This document shows positions 1 to 17,760 of a DNA stretch of 64,000 nt, piece after piece (the first letter of the stretch is position 1; every line of letters begins with the position of its first letter). A model generated the notes under the pieces. That model saw nothing but the letters and a program-made list of their open reading frames with translations, did not search any database and was not told the origin of the DNA. Position numbers and translations under genes: made by a program. Source of the stretch: the human T2T-CHM13v2.0 reference genome, Homo sapiens; NCBI RefSeq assembly GCF_009914755.1, contig NC_060931.1. The stretch is one strand, 5' to 3'.

Positions 1-1813
1 GAGAATGAATAGTCATGAAATATCTAAAACACACTCTTAGAACCAAGAATACCAATCCAAGTGCAAGAATTCTTGGTCACTTTGTAGCTGCTTCCATATT
101 TTTCTCAAACACCTGAAAGCCTTCATATATTGTAATGATTTAATAAGGTATTATGTACCAAACATTCTTTTTGGAAATTAAGATGTATTACAGTTTGATA
201 TGTTAAGGGAGGTAATTCCATATACCTTTTTAGGGACTAAATAATTGCTTTCTCTGGATATTACATATCTCAAAACACACAGATAAGAAAAAGTCTAGGG
301 AAATATATATTATCCTTATTATACTAAAAGCTTGTATACATAACGATGCAAACACCTAAATAGGAAATCTCACAAAAAGTGAAATACAAAAAGCTAAGTG
401 ACACGAAAAATATTGACCTTCATGAGTGATTAAAGAAATGCACATGTTAGGTCACAAAATAAGTCTTAATACATTCAAAAGACTGAAACAATATCAAGCA
501 GCTTCTCTGGCCACAGTGGAATAAAACTAGAAATTAATAATAAGAGCAATTTTGGAAACTATACAAATACATGAAAATTAAACAATATGCTCCTGAATGA
601 CCAGTGGGTCAATGAAGAAATTGAGAAGAAAATTGAAAAATTCCTTGAAACAAATGGTAATGGAAACACAACATACCAAAACTTATGGGATACAACAAAA
701 GCAGTATTAAGAGGGAAGTTTATAGCTATAAGTGTCTACATCAAAAAAGAAAAAAAACTTTAAATAAACAATCTAATGATGTATCTTAATGAACCAGAAA
801 AGCAAGAGCAAACCAAACCCAAAATTAATAGAAAATAATAAAAATCACAGAAATAAATGAAATGAAGAAAATACAAACGATCAATGAAACAAAAAGTTAG
901 TTTTTTGAAAAGTTAAACAAAATTGACAAAACTTTAGCTAGACTAAGAAAAAAAGAAGATACAAATAAATAAAATCAGAAATGAAAAAGAAGACATTACA
1001 ACTGATACTGCAGAAATGCAAAGGATCATTAGAGGCTACTATGAGTAACTATACGCCAACCAACTGGAAAACCTAAAAGAAGTGGACTAATTCCTAGACT
1101 CATACAACCTACCGAGACTAAACCAGGAAGAAGTCCAAAACCTGAACAGACCAATACCAATGAAATCAAAGCCACAATAAAAAGTCTCCCAGTAAAGAAA
1201 AGCCTGGGACCCAATGGCTTCACTGCTGAATCCTACCAAACATTTCAAGAAGAACTAATCTCGGTCCAACTCAAGCTATTCTGAAAACCCAAGAGGAGAG
1301 AATACTTCCAAACTCATTCTACAAGGCTAATATTACCCTGATACCAAAACCAGACAAAGACACATAATAAAAAAAACTACAGGCCAATATCTCTGACGAA
1401 TACTGATGTAAAAATCCTCAACAAAATACTAGCAAAATGAATTCAACAACACATTAGAAGGATCATTCATCATGACCAAGTGAGATTTATCCCTGGGATG
1501 CAAGGATAATTCAACATACGCAAATAAATCAATGTGATACATTGGATCAACAGAATGAAGGATAAAAGCTACAAGATCATTTCAATTGATGCTGAAAAAG
1601 CATTTAATAAATTTCAACATCCCTTTATGATAAAAAAAAATTTAAAAACTAGGTATAGAAGGAACATACCGAGGGAGGAGCCAAGATGGCCGAATAGGAA
1701 CAGCTCTGGTCTACAGCTCCCAGCGTGAGCGACGCAGAAGACGGGTGATTTCTGCATTTCCATCTGAGGTACCGGGTTCATCTCACTAGGGAGTGCCAGA
1801 CAGAGGGCGCAGG

Positions 1814-2122
1814 TCAGTGGGTGCGCGCACCGTGCACGAGCCAAAGCAGGGTGAGGCATTGCCTCACTCGGGAAGCGCAAGGGGTCAGGGAGTTCCCTTT
1901 CCTAGTCAAAGAAAGGGGTGACGGACGGCACCTGGAAAATCGGGTCACTCCCACTCGAATACTGCGCTTTTCCGACGGGCTTAAAACACGGCGCACCACA
2001 AGATTATATCCCGCACCTGGCTCGGAGGGTCCTACGCCCACGGAGTCTCGCTGATTGCTAGCACAGCAGTCTGAGATCAAACTGCAAGGCGGCAGCGAGG
2101 CTGGGGGAGAGGCGCCCGCCAT
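1814..2122 (-). CDS. L1 ORF0 (antisense ORF), open for 102 codons in this copy
   Basis: MAGASPPASLPPCSLISDCCASNQRDS... starts at L1 nt 452. Donors CAG|GTGCGG (last exonic base 2017) and CAG|GTGCCG (1932) are intact. Confidence 0.75.
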   Translation of the reverse strand: MAGASPPASLPPCSLISDCCASNQRDSVGVGPSEPGAGYNLVVRRVLSPSEKRSIRVGVTRFSRCRPSPLSLTRKGNSLTPCASRVRQCLTLLWLVHGARTH

Positions 2123-2570
2123 TGCCCAGGCTTGCTTAGGTAAACAAAGCAGCCGGAAAGCTCGAACTGGGTGGAGCCCACCACAGCTCAAGGAGGCCTG
2201 CCTGCCTCTGCAGGCTCCACCTCTGGGGGCAGGGCACAGACAAACAAAAAGACAGCAGTAACCTCTGCAGACTTAAATGTCCCTGTCTGACAGCTTTGAA
2301 GAGAGCAGTGGTTCTCCCAGCACGCAGCTGGAGATCTGAGAATGGGCAGACTGCCTCCTCAAGTGGGTCCCTGACCCCCGAGCAACCTAACTGGGAGGCA
2401 CCCCCCAGCAGGGGCACACTGACACCTCACACTGCAGGGTATTCCAACAGACCTGCAGCTGAGGGTCCTGTCTGTTAGAAGGAAAACTAACAAACAGAAA
2501 GGACATCCACACCAAAAACCCATCTGTACATCACCATCATCAAAGACCAAAAGTAGATAAAACCACAAAG

Positions 2571-3585
2571 AGGGGAAAAAACAGAACAGAACAGCTGGAA
2601 ACTCTAAAAAGCAGAGCGCCTCTCCTCCTCCAAAGGAACGCAGTTCCTCACCAGCAACGGAACAAAGCTGGATGGAGAATGACTTTGACGAGTTGAGAGA
2701 AGAAGGCTTCAGACAATCAAATTACTCTGAGCTACGGGAGGACATTCAAACCAAAGGCAAAGAAGTTGAAAACTTTGAAAAAAATTTAGAAGAATGTATA
2801 ACTAGAATAACCAATACAGAGAAGTGCTTAAAGGAGCTGATGGAGCTGAAAACCAAGGCTCAAGAACTACGTGAAGAATGGAGAAGCCTCAGGAGCCGAT
2901 GCGATCAACTGGAAGAAAGGGTATCAGCGATGGAAGATGAAATGAATGAAATGAAGGGAGAAGGGAAGTTTAGAGAAAAAAGAATAAAAAGAAATGAGCA
3001 AAGCCTCCAAGAAATATGGGATTATGTGAAAAGACCAAATCTATGTCTGATTGGTGTACCTGAAAGGGATGGGCAGAATGGAACCAAGTTGGAAAACACG
3101 TTGCAGGATGTTATCCAGGAGAACTTCCCCAATCTAGCAAGGCAGGCCAACGTTCAGATTCAGGAAATACAGAGAACGCCACAAAGATACTCCTCGAGAA
3201 GAGCAACTCCAAGACACATAATTGTCAGATTCACCAAAGTTGAAATGAAGGAAAAAATGTTAAGGGCAGCCAGAGAGAAAGGTCTGGTTACCCTTAAAGG
3301 GAAGCCCATCAGACTAACAGCGGATCTCTCGGCATAAACCCTACGAGCCAGAAGAGAGTGGGGGCCAATATTCAACATTCTTAAAGAAAAGAATTTTCAA
3401 CCCAGAATTTCATATCCAGCCAAACTACTTCATAAGCGAAGGAGAAATAAAATACTTTACAGACAAGCAAATGCTGAGAGATTTTGTAACCACCAGGCCT
3501 GCCCTAAAAGAGCTCCTGAAGGAAGCACTAAATATGAAAAGGAACAACTGGTACCAGCCGCTGCAAAATCATGCCAAAATGTAAA
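2571..3585 (+). pseudogene. L1 ORF1p, disrupted
   Basis: Start codon lost (aaagAGGGG instead of aaagATGGGG at 2571); premature TAA at 3335-3337; small deletion near 3428. Confidence 0.9.
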
Positions 3586-3647
3586 GACCATCGAGACTAG
3601 GAAGAAACTGCATCAACTAACGAGCAAAATAACCAGCTAACATCATC

Positions 3648-7467
<3,820 letters not shown>

Positions 7468-8409
7468 ACAGTGAGATCACATGGACACAGGAAGGGGAAT
7501 ATCACACTCTGGGGGCTGTTGTGGGGTGGGGGGAGGAGGGAGGGATAGCATTGGGAGATATACCTAATGCTAGATGACGAGTTAGTGGGTGCAGCGCACC
7601 AGCATGGCACATGTATACATATGTAACTAACCTGCACAATGTGCACATGTACCCTAAAACTTAAAGTATAATAAAAAATAAATAAATAAAAAATATATAT
7701 AAAAAAAGGAACATACCTCAACGTAATAAAAGCCATATAAAACAGGTCCACAGCTAGTATCATACCAAATGGGGAAAAACTGAAAGCCTTTCCTCTAAGA
7801 TCTTGAACACAACAAGAATGCCCACTGTCACCACTGTTATTCACCATAGTACTGGAAATCCTAGATAGAGCAATCAGATAAGAAAAAGAAAAAAAGGGCA
7901 TCCAAATTGGAATAGAAGAAGTCAAGTTATCCTTGTTTGCAGATGACATATCTTATATTGGAAAAACCTAAAGACTCCACCAAAAAACTATTAGGACTGA
8001 TAAAAAAAATTCAACAAGGTTGCAGGATACACAAATCAACATACAAAAATCAGTGGCATTTCTATATGTCAACAGTGAACACTCCAAAACAGAAATCAAA
8101 AAAAGTAATCTCATTTACAATAGCCATGAATAAAATACCTAGGAATCAACTTAACCAAAGAAGTGAAAAATCTCTATAATGAGAACTATAGAACCCTGAT
8201 GAGAGAAATTCAAGAGGCCACCAAAAAATGGGAAAATATTCCATGTTTATGAATTGGAAGAATATTGTTTAAATGTCCATACTGCCCAAAGCAATCTACA
8301 GATTTAATGCAATCCCTATCAAAGTACCTACGATATTCTTCAAAGAAATAGAAAAACAATACTAAAATTTATATGAAACCACAAAAGACCCCGAATAGCC
8401 AAAGATATC

Positions 8410-8794
8410 TGATACAGTTTGGCTCTGTGTCCCCACTCGAATCTCATTTCAAATTATAATCCCCATGTGTCGACGGAGGGAACTGTAGTCCCCACATGTC
8501 AAGGGAGGGAGGTGATTTGATCTTCAGAGCAGTTTCCCCCACCCCATTCTCGTGATAGTGAGTGAATTCTCATGAGATCTGATGATGTCATAAGTCTTTG
8601 GAAGTTCCTCCTTCACTCTTCTCTCTCCTGCTGCCTTGTGAAGGTATGTGCTTCCCCTTCACCTTCTGCCATGATTGTTAAGTTTCCTGAGGCCTCTGCA
8701 GCCATGTGGAGCTGTGAGTCAATTAAACCTCTTTCCTTTATAAATTACCCAGTCTTGGGCAGTCCTTTATATCAATGTGAAAAGAACTGATACA
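8410..8794 (+). mobile_element. THE1D-like MaLR solo LTR inside the L1MA
   Basis: TG...CA ends (tgatacagtttggctctgtgtcccc ... ctgataca); 5-bp TSD atatc/ctatc. Confidence 0.85.
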
Positions 8795-9877
8795 CTATCC
8801 TAAGCAGAAAGAACAAAACTGAAGGAATCAAATTACCAGACTTCAAATTATACTACAAAGCTATAGTAACCAAAATAGCATGATACTGTCATAAAAACAG
8901 ACACATAGACCAATGGGAACAGAATAGAGAATCCAGAAACAAATCCACACACCTAGAGTGAACTCATTTTTGACAAAGGTACCAAGAATATACACTGGGG
9001 AAAGGACAGTCTCTTCAATAAATGATGCTGGAAAAACTAGACATCCATATGCACAAGAATAAAACTGACCTTGATCTCCCACTGTATACAAAAATCAAAT
9101 CAAAATGGATTAAAACTTAAATCGAAGACTTCAAACTAAGAAACTACTAAAGGACAACATTGGGGAAAATCTCCAGGATATTGGTCTGGGCAAAAATTTC
9201 TTGAGCAATACCACAGAAGCACAGACAACCAAAGCAAAAATAGACAAATGGGATTACACCTGGTTAAAAAGCTTCTGCATAGCAAAGGAAACAATAAACA
9301 AAGTGAAGAGATAACCTACAGAATGGGAGAAAGTATTTGCATCTGACAAGGGATTACTAACCAGAATATATAAGGAGCTCAAACAACTCTGTAGGAAAAA
9401 AATCTAATAATCTAGTCAAAAAATGGGCAAAGGATTTCAATAGATATTTCTCAAAAGAAGACATGCATGTGGCAAACAGGCATATGAAAAGGTGCTCAAT
9501 ATCACCAGTCATTAGAGAAATGCAAATCAAAACTACAATATCATCTCACCCCAGTTAAAATGACTATCCAAAAGACAGGCAATAACAAATGCTGGTGAGA
9601 ATGTAGAGAAAAGGGAGTACTTCTACACTGTTGATGGGAATGTAAATTAGTGCAACCACTGTGGAGAAAAGTATGATGTTTCCTCACAAAACTAAAAATA
9701 GAGCTACCACATAAACCAGCAATCCCACTGCTGGTTATGGACTCAAAAGAAAGGAAATCAGTATATCAAAGAGATATCTGCATTGTGACGTTTGTTGCAC
9801 AACTGTTCACAATAGCTAAGATTTGGAAACAACCTAAGTGTCCATCAACAAATGAATGGATAAAGAAAATGTGGTAC

Positions 9878-10205
<328 letters not shown>

Positions 10206-11170
10206 TCAGACATAAAAAAAGAATGAGATTCTGTCATTTGCAACAACATGGATAGAACTGGAGGTAATTGTGTTAAGTGAAATAAGCTAGGCACAGAAAG
10301 ACACACATCACACGTTCTCATTTGTTGATCTAAAAATCAAAACAAGTGAACTCATAGACAGAGAGATTAGAAGAACAGTTACCAGAGTCTGGGAAAGGTA
10401 GTGTGGGGGTTGGAGAGGGAGGTGTGGATAATTAATTGGTACAAAAAAATAGAAAAAATAAATAAGTCCTATTATTTGATACCACAACAGTGTGACTATA
10501 GCAAATAGTAAGTTAATTGTACATTTTTAAATAACTGAAGGAGTGTAACTTAATTGTAACACAAAGGATAAACGCTTGAGGGGACAGATAACTCATTCTC
10601 CATGATGTGATTATTTCACATTGCATGCCTGTATCAAAACAATCTCGTGTACCACATATATATCTACTATGTACCCACAAAAGTTAAAAATTAAAAAATG
10701 TTTAAATGTCAATTGTCCCAATGAAATAGCATTTTTACCATCAAATTAGTAATGATCGTAACAGTTTTCAGTGCTGTCCAGAGTATACAGTTTATGTCCT
10801 TCAGTCTAACTTTTCTGCTACAAGTAATCATCTCAATTAATTAAAAATCCAGACACTGTTTTGCATTGTTTTTGATCATAACAAACATTGATTATAACAC
10901 TGTTTTGATTATACAACAGAAAATTTAAAACAGCCTATGTGCCCAAAATTAAATTTACACATTCATTCAACAAGCATTTATTGAACATCTACTAACTGCC
11001 AGGCACTCTTCAATGTGCTAGGGATATAGTAGTGTCTTGTTATCTATATGAAGCTTACAATTTATTGAGGGAATGTGAAGTCATACAAACCAAATAAATA
11101 ATTAAAATATACATTATTATGGATGCTAAAAGGGCTATAGAGAAAAACAAAAGCATGAAATGTAGATTGA

Positions 11171-11484
<314 letters not shown>

Positions 11485-11709
11485 GGGATTGCAATTTTAA
11501 ATAGGTAGCCAGGGAAAGCCTTACTGACAAAATGACAATTGAGTAGAAACCTGAAGTGCATGAGGAACAAAGCCAAGTAAATACCTGAATGAAGAGAGTT
11601 CCAGGCAGAAAAGATCCAGTACAGAGGCCTTGAGAAAGGAGCATGCATAACACATTCGAGGAAGAACGAGTAGACTGGGACTGGCTGAAGCAAAATGAAA
11701 AATGGGGAG

Positions 11710-12080
11710 TTCTATGGTTTGAATGTGTCCGTGAAGGTTGATATGTTAGAAACTTTATCCCAAATGTGGTGATGTTGGGAGGTGGGGCCTAATGGGAGGT
11801 ATTGGTTCATGAGGGCTCCATCCTCATATATGGCTGATGGCATTACTGCAGGAATAGGTTCCTTATAAAATAGAGTTCAGGCTCCCTCTTGCACTTGTTC
11901 TCTTTCTCTCTCTTTCTTTCTTGCCCTTGGCCTTTTGCCGTGGTATGACATAGCAAGGAGGCCCTCACCTGGATCTTGGACTTTCCTACCTCCTAAACCT
12001 GGAGGCAAATAAATTACTGTTCATTATAACTTACCCAATCTATGGTATTCTGTTATAGAAGCACAAAATAAACTAAAAGA
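11710..12080 (+). mobile_element. MSTD-like MaLR LTR
   Basis: Starts ctatggtttgaatgtgtcc; perfect 5-bp TSD gggag (11705-11709 and 12081-12085). Confidence 0.8.
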
Positions 12081-12139
12081 GGGAGAGTAATAAGAGGTGA
12101 CATTAGAGGCTTCATGGAGGTCAGATTAGGTTGGACCTT

Positions 12140-12552
12140 TGATATAGTTTGGATATTTGTCACCACCCAAATCTCATGTTGAATTTTAATCCCCAATGCT
12201 GAAGATGGGGCCTGGTGGGAGGTGTCTGGATCATGGGGGCGGATTGCTCATGGCTTGGTGCTATCTTTGCAATAATGAGTTCTCAGGAGATTGAGATCTG
12301 GTCATCTAAAAATATGTGGTACCTGCCCCTCCACTCACTCTTGCTCCTGCTTTTACCATGTGATGTCCCTGCTCCCCCTTTGCCTTCCACCATGACTGTA
12401 AGCTTCTTGAGGCCTCCCTAGAGGCCCAGCATCTGCCAGCACTGTGCTTCCTATAAAGCCTCCAGAACCATGAGTCAATTAAACATCTTTTCTTTATAAA
12501 GTACCCAATCTCAGGTACTTTTTTTACAGCAATGTGAGAACGGCCTAATACA
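12140..12552 (+). mobile_element. MSTB-like MaLR LTR
   Basis: tgatatagtttggatatttgtc ... ggcctaataca. Confidence 0.85.
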
Positions 12553-13389
12553 GTCTTGTATTAATGAAGCCTTAGAAGGGTGTTGAACAAAAGAATAACA
12601 GTTTTAAATTTATATTTTAATGCTATCTCTGAGCTGCACTGTGACATCAAGATGGAAAGTTACAGTGATAGTCCAGGCAAGATACAATGGTAGTATGGCC
12701 CAGAAATTACAGGAGAAGTGAGAAGTTCTGATTCAGCTATTGGGAAGAGGATTTGCTGATAGGATGGATGTAGGATGTAGGAGAAAAGACATCAGTGGAG
12801 ATTGCAGAGTTCTAGATATGAGCAACTAGAAGAAAGGAGTTGCCATTCAATGAAATGGAGAAAACTATACAAGGAGTAGGTTTGGGGAAAATGTCAGGAG
12901 TTCAGTTTGGTACCTGTCAGATTTAAGGTACTTATACAAGTGGTGACACCAAGGCTATGCTTGATAGGATTCCAGGGGATGGTCCACAAAGGAAGTGTTA
13001 ATTTGGGAGCTATCCACATGTAGGTGATATTTAAAGCCAAGAGACTCCCGACATCACTAGGAGTGTAAGGATGACAGAAAAGACAGGAGGGCCAAGAATA
13101 AATCGCTGGAACATGGCAATGTCAAGATGTCAGGAGAAACTGGCAAAAACTGAGAGAGATTACAATGGATTAAGAGAAAAACCAGGAGAGTTGGGGTGCT
13201 TGAAGCCAAGTAAATTTCAGTGATGACAGAACAATCAACTGGGTACAATGTTTCACAACGTATAACTTTTATAGTTAGAAAAAGTACTCCTATAAAATAT
13301 TTTTGTAAGTAAACAAATTTACCTACCCATATCCCAGATCTTTCATACTTCAATGCACCTCCTGAGAAACACTATTCTTCACTACATGA

Positions 13390-13600
13390 GAATAATAACT
13401 GATATTGGCGACTGCATTAGAATTTACAAAATGCTTTCAAATGCATTAGCTTGATCTCACAGCAATTCTAACATAGATAAGACAGGTTTTACTCTGTCCA
13501 TTTTCAGACAAGAAAAGATTTAAAGGGGTTAATTTGTTGAAGGTCACATAAACCAGTGGCAGGGCTCACATTTGCATTAGATTCTTAAATACCTTCAATA
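13390..13600 (-). mobile_element. MIR
   Basis: Degenerate MIR core (ccattttcagacaagaaa...aaggtcaca). Confidence 0.6.
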
Positions 13601-14064
13601 CTGCTTGTACTATAACAAGACACAATTTTGCAGCTGGACCAAAATGTAAACATCACTCCCCCATAAGTAGCAAACTTTGGAAAACATTTACCAAGAAGGC
13701 TAACCATACTCTCTTAATATTACCATGTTTTTCTATTTTAATGTCAATCTCAGAAAGAGGTGCTTTATTAATTTCCATATTTGTGTCTTCTATCAGGCTA
13801 TGATCTCCTGGAGAATGATGACAATATTCTCTGAATCCTGTTTTATCACCAGCAGCTTGCATAATTCCTGACATATAAAAGATAATTAAGAAATGCTTGC
13901 TGGAGTACTTCATGGTAATGAGAGAATCTCATGGTCCATTTGATGTGATTATTTAAGGAGTTTCTAAGACACCCTGCAGAAGCAGGAAGTAAGCTAGGGT
14001 GACAGTTTAGGGAATTTTAGCAATGAAATGGGTCCCTGGATTTCAGGCAACTAAACTGTATTCC

Positions 14065-14407
14065 TGTATCGGTCCGTTTTCACACTGCTGATAAAGACAT
14101 ACCCAAGGCTGGGCAATTTACAAAAGAAAGGGATTTAATGGACCTATAGTTTCAGTGGCTAGGGAGGCCTCACAATCATTGTGGAAGGTGAAAGGCACAT
14201 CTCACATGGCGGCAGACAAGAGAAGAGAGATTGTACAGGGAAACTCCCCCTTATGAAACCACTGGATCTCAAGAAACTTATTCACTATCATGAGAACAGC
14301 ATGTGAAATAATTGCCCCCATGATTCAATTAACTCCCACCAGGTCCCTCCCACAACACATGGGAATTCAAGATGAGATTTGGGTGGGAACACAGGCAAAC
14401 CATATCA
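14065..14407 (-). mobile_element. THE1A solo LTR
   Basis: tgtatcggtcc...aaaccatatca; perfect TSD attcc (14060-14064 and 14408-14412). Confidence 0.9.
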
Positions 14408-14645
14408 ATTCCTTTCTTTATACTGAGCGCAATGGTTCTTGCTGGGCTTCAATCCCAGGGTTTCCATTTTAGTAGGTTGTGCACAGGAACCAAGCACTTA
14501 TATTTCTAACAACTTCCTAACTAATGTTGACACTGCTAGTCCTAGGAGCTCACTTTGTGGACTACTAACCTAGAGAAAAGAGCTCATAAAAGCAACATTT
14601 TGAATAAGGGTAATAAATGTACTTCCAACTCGAGTTGTAAACTGA

Positions 14646-15028
<383 letters not shown>

Positions 15029-15719
15029 TAGGGTTTATTTCAGGGTCTTAAATCTGGCACAACCAAGAGGATATGTTGATTAGAATTAAATGTACCATAA
15101 AGATCAATTCCTGTTTATAACTGAAAAAGCAGAAACTATTCACTTACTATATTTTTAAGTCAGTGATTAGTGCTCCCAAAGAAAAGGATATATGTCTTAC
15201 TCATTTTTAAAACCCCCAAAATGCCTTAAATGAAAGATAGTACTGTTTGCTAATAAGATGATACAATCCTTGCCCTCAATGAACATATCATGTACTAGGG
15301 GAGAGATAACATTTGTGTATTCAAAGCCTCTGGTAAAACAAATGGTGCCTTTGTGTGATTTAGAAAATAGTGACCCCCTCTGGGCATATGAACTAGAAAA
15401 AGGTATCCCTTTTTCCAGGTAAATGCAGACCTGTGCCAGGACATATAGCTAAGCATGCTGAGAAATGGGTGGATTCTTCTTCTTACCCCTTTAGCTGGGT
15501 GCCCTTGGAGAGAGCACAACTCATTCATCTATATGGGGTGGGGGGCTGTGCGTGCAAAACACTTGTGGGACAGCATATATGTGTCAGAGAGTAAACAATA
15601 GGCTGTGACTAGAATTCAGAGAAGAGAAAAGATCCTTTGTTTTTACTAGTCCAGGAAAGGATAGGATATAGGGATGGATCTAGGTCAGGAGGCTTCCTCT
15701 GTGAGAGATGTTCTCTCAC

Positions 15720-17760
15720 CATCACCCACAACCTGCATCCAGCTAACTCCTACTCATCCTTTAGATCTTACCTTAAACATCTTTTCCTGGTAATCCACCT
15801 GCTCCCAGCCCCTAACTAGGATGGCTATTCATTCTCACTGCACACGGAAATTTTCCGTCACTGTACTTATGGCAAATGTAATTGCATGATGTGTGGTTTT
15901 GTTTTAAACCTACTCCCCTGAGATTACAAAGCTCCATGGAGCAGGGGCCTATGTTTTGTTCATCCATTCATTGTCAATACCTGCTATATAAGTACATGAT
16001 AAATATATGTATATATACATATTGAATATTGAAATACTACATAGAACACACATGATGAAAGGCAAAAAGGAAAGAGAATAATCTGTGGTTTCTTCAAGAG
16101 AAAAGAAAAGCAACCAAAATGTGGCTAGTGTTTTCTGACAATAAAGAATTATTATAAGATGCAAGACTCTGCTGGAGAAGACACTATGATAGGAAAACGT
16201 GCCACTCTATACTATGCTCTGCTATTTCCATCCCTTGTGCTAAAATATGACACTTCACAGATCTGTCAACTCTTGGTTTTACATTGTAAATATTGATGGT
16301 GTGAATACTTGCTCGCATTTGCCTAAAACATGAGAAATGATTCTAAGCATAAGAACTGGAAATGGAAAATTCACCTCCACAGGCATTAACAGGAAAGATT
16401 AGTTACGTTAACTGCTTGAAAACAGAGGCTGAGTCCTAACTCCTTCAATAACAGTGTGACTGTAGAACCTTTGACAGCTTCACCCATAGCCCATGGCCTT
16501 CAGGGACTTCCTACAGAAAGGATGTTTCTCAGCTGTGCCCATCAAGTTCTGAAACAAAAAACATGACCATTACAGGTCTTGTGGTTTACATGGATTTTGA
16601 AGACCCAGTAGCTTACCAAATCTAGGAAGGCTCTATAACACAATTCCACTCCATCACCACCATCTCACCTCCCAGTTAACACTCAACCCATCTCCACCAT
16701 CCCATAGGAAACACTCTGGTGCTGAGCACCAGTGACCTAATCACAGAATTCAATCTTCTCTCTTCAGTCATCATCTTATTTGGATTTCATCGGGCAACTG
16801 ACACACAATGAGCCCTATCTTCTTCAAAGGCTTTTCTTTTTCCCACAACTCCACACTCACATTTCTTCTTTACCAGCCATTGCTACATGTCTCCTTTGTG
16901 AACTCCTCGGTTTCTGTCCCCTTTCATGTAGGTAAAACCCAAGTCCTATCTTCAGCACTTTGTTCTCACTCCCTGCATGATCTCAACCAATCCAGTCATT
17001 TCAACAATGTCTTCCATTCAAGTTATTCCCAGGTCACCACACCAGCCCACACCATGCCCCTGAGGAACAGGGCCTAATAATACCTAACTGCCTACTCAAC
17101 AGCTCTACATAAAGTCACTCCTTCCAGACAGAACAAGCTCCTTATCCCATCTTCTTCACATTTCTTCTCAGGGAGGTTAAGAGGCACCATCCTCTAATCA
17201 AGTTAGAACATTTCATTCTCTCACCCTCTGCATCCACTCACTGCCAATTCTATCTAAAGCATACTACTCCTCTTTTTGAAGTCCTACTACTGCATCCTAT
17301 TGCCTACCAAATGAAGACCAGCTTCTTAGTGTGATATAAGGTCCCTTATGATAGGCTCCTGCCTGCCTGTCAGATTCATCTCTCATTAAGCTTCTCATTG
17401 CATGCTGTACTTCAGTTAGAACCAATTACAATACAATGCTGTTTCATGTTTCTGCCCTTTTTCAATCTGTGCTCTTCACCTGAAATGTCTTTCCCCCAAA
17501 CTAGCCTACACTCACATCTGACCCTTGTCTGCTTGGCAAATTCCTACTTATCAATTAAGTCTCATTCACTTCCTCCATAGGGCCTTTTCTGATCCCACCC
17601 CCCTCAGTAGATATGATGGCCCATTGCTTCTTTCATGGCTTCAAATCACTTAACTGCAATGTTTGTTTACATATCTGTCTCATCCTTATCCAATTAAATT
17701 ATATTCTTTAAATTACTAATTTCATATCTGACATTTTGTCTAGCACATGGTATAAACTGA
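15720..17760 (+). mobile_element. Scattered L2 fragments
   Basis: L2-like motifs such as ctaactcctactcatcctttagatct and gcaaattcctacttatc, in pyrimidine-rich degenerate sequence. Confidence 0.5.
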
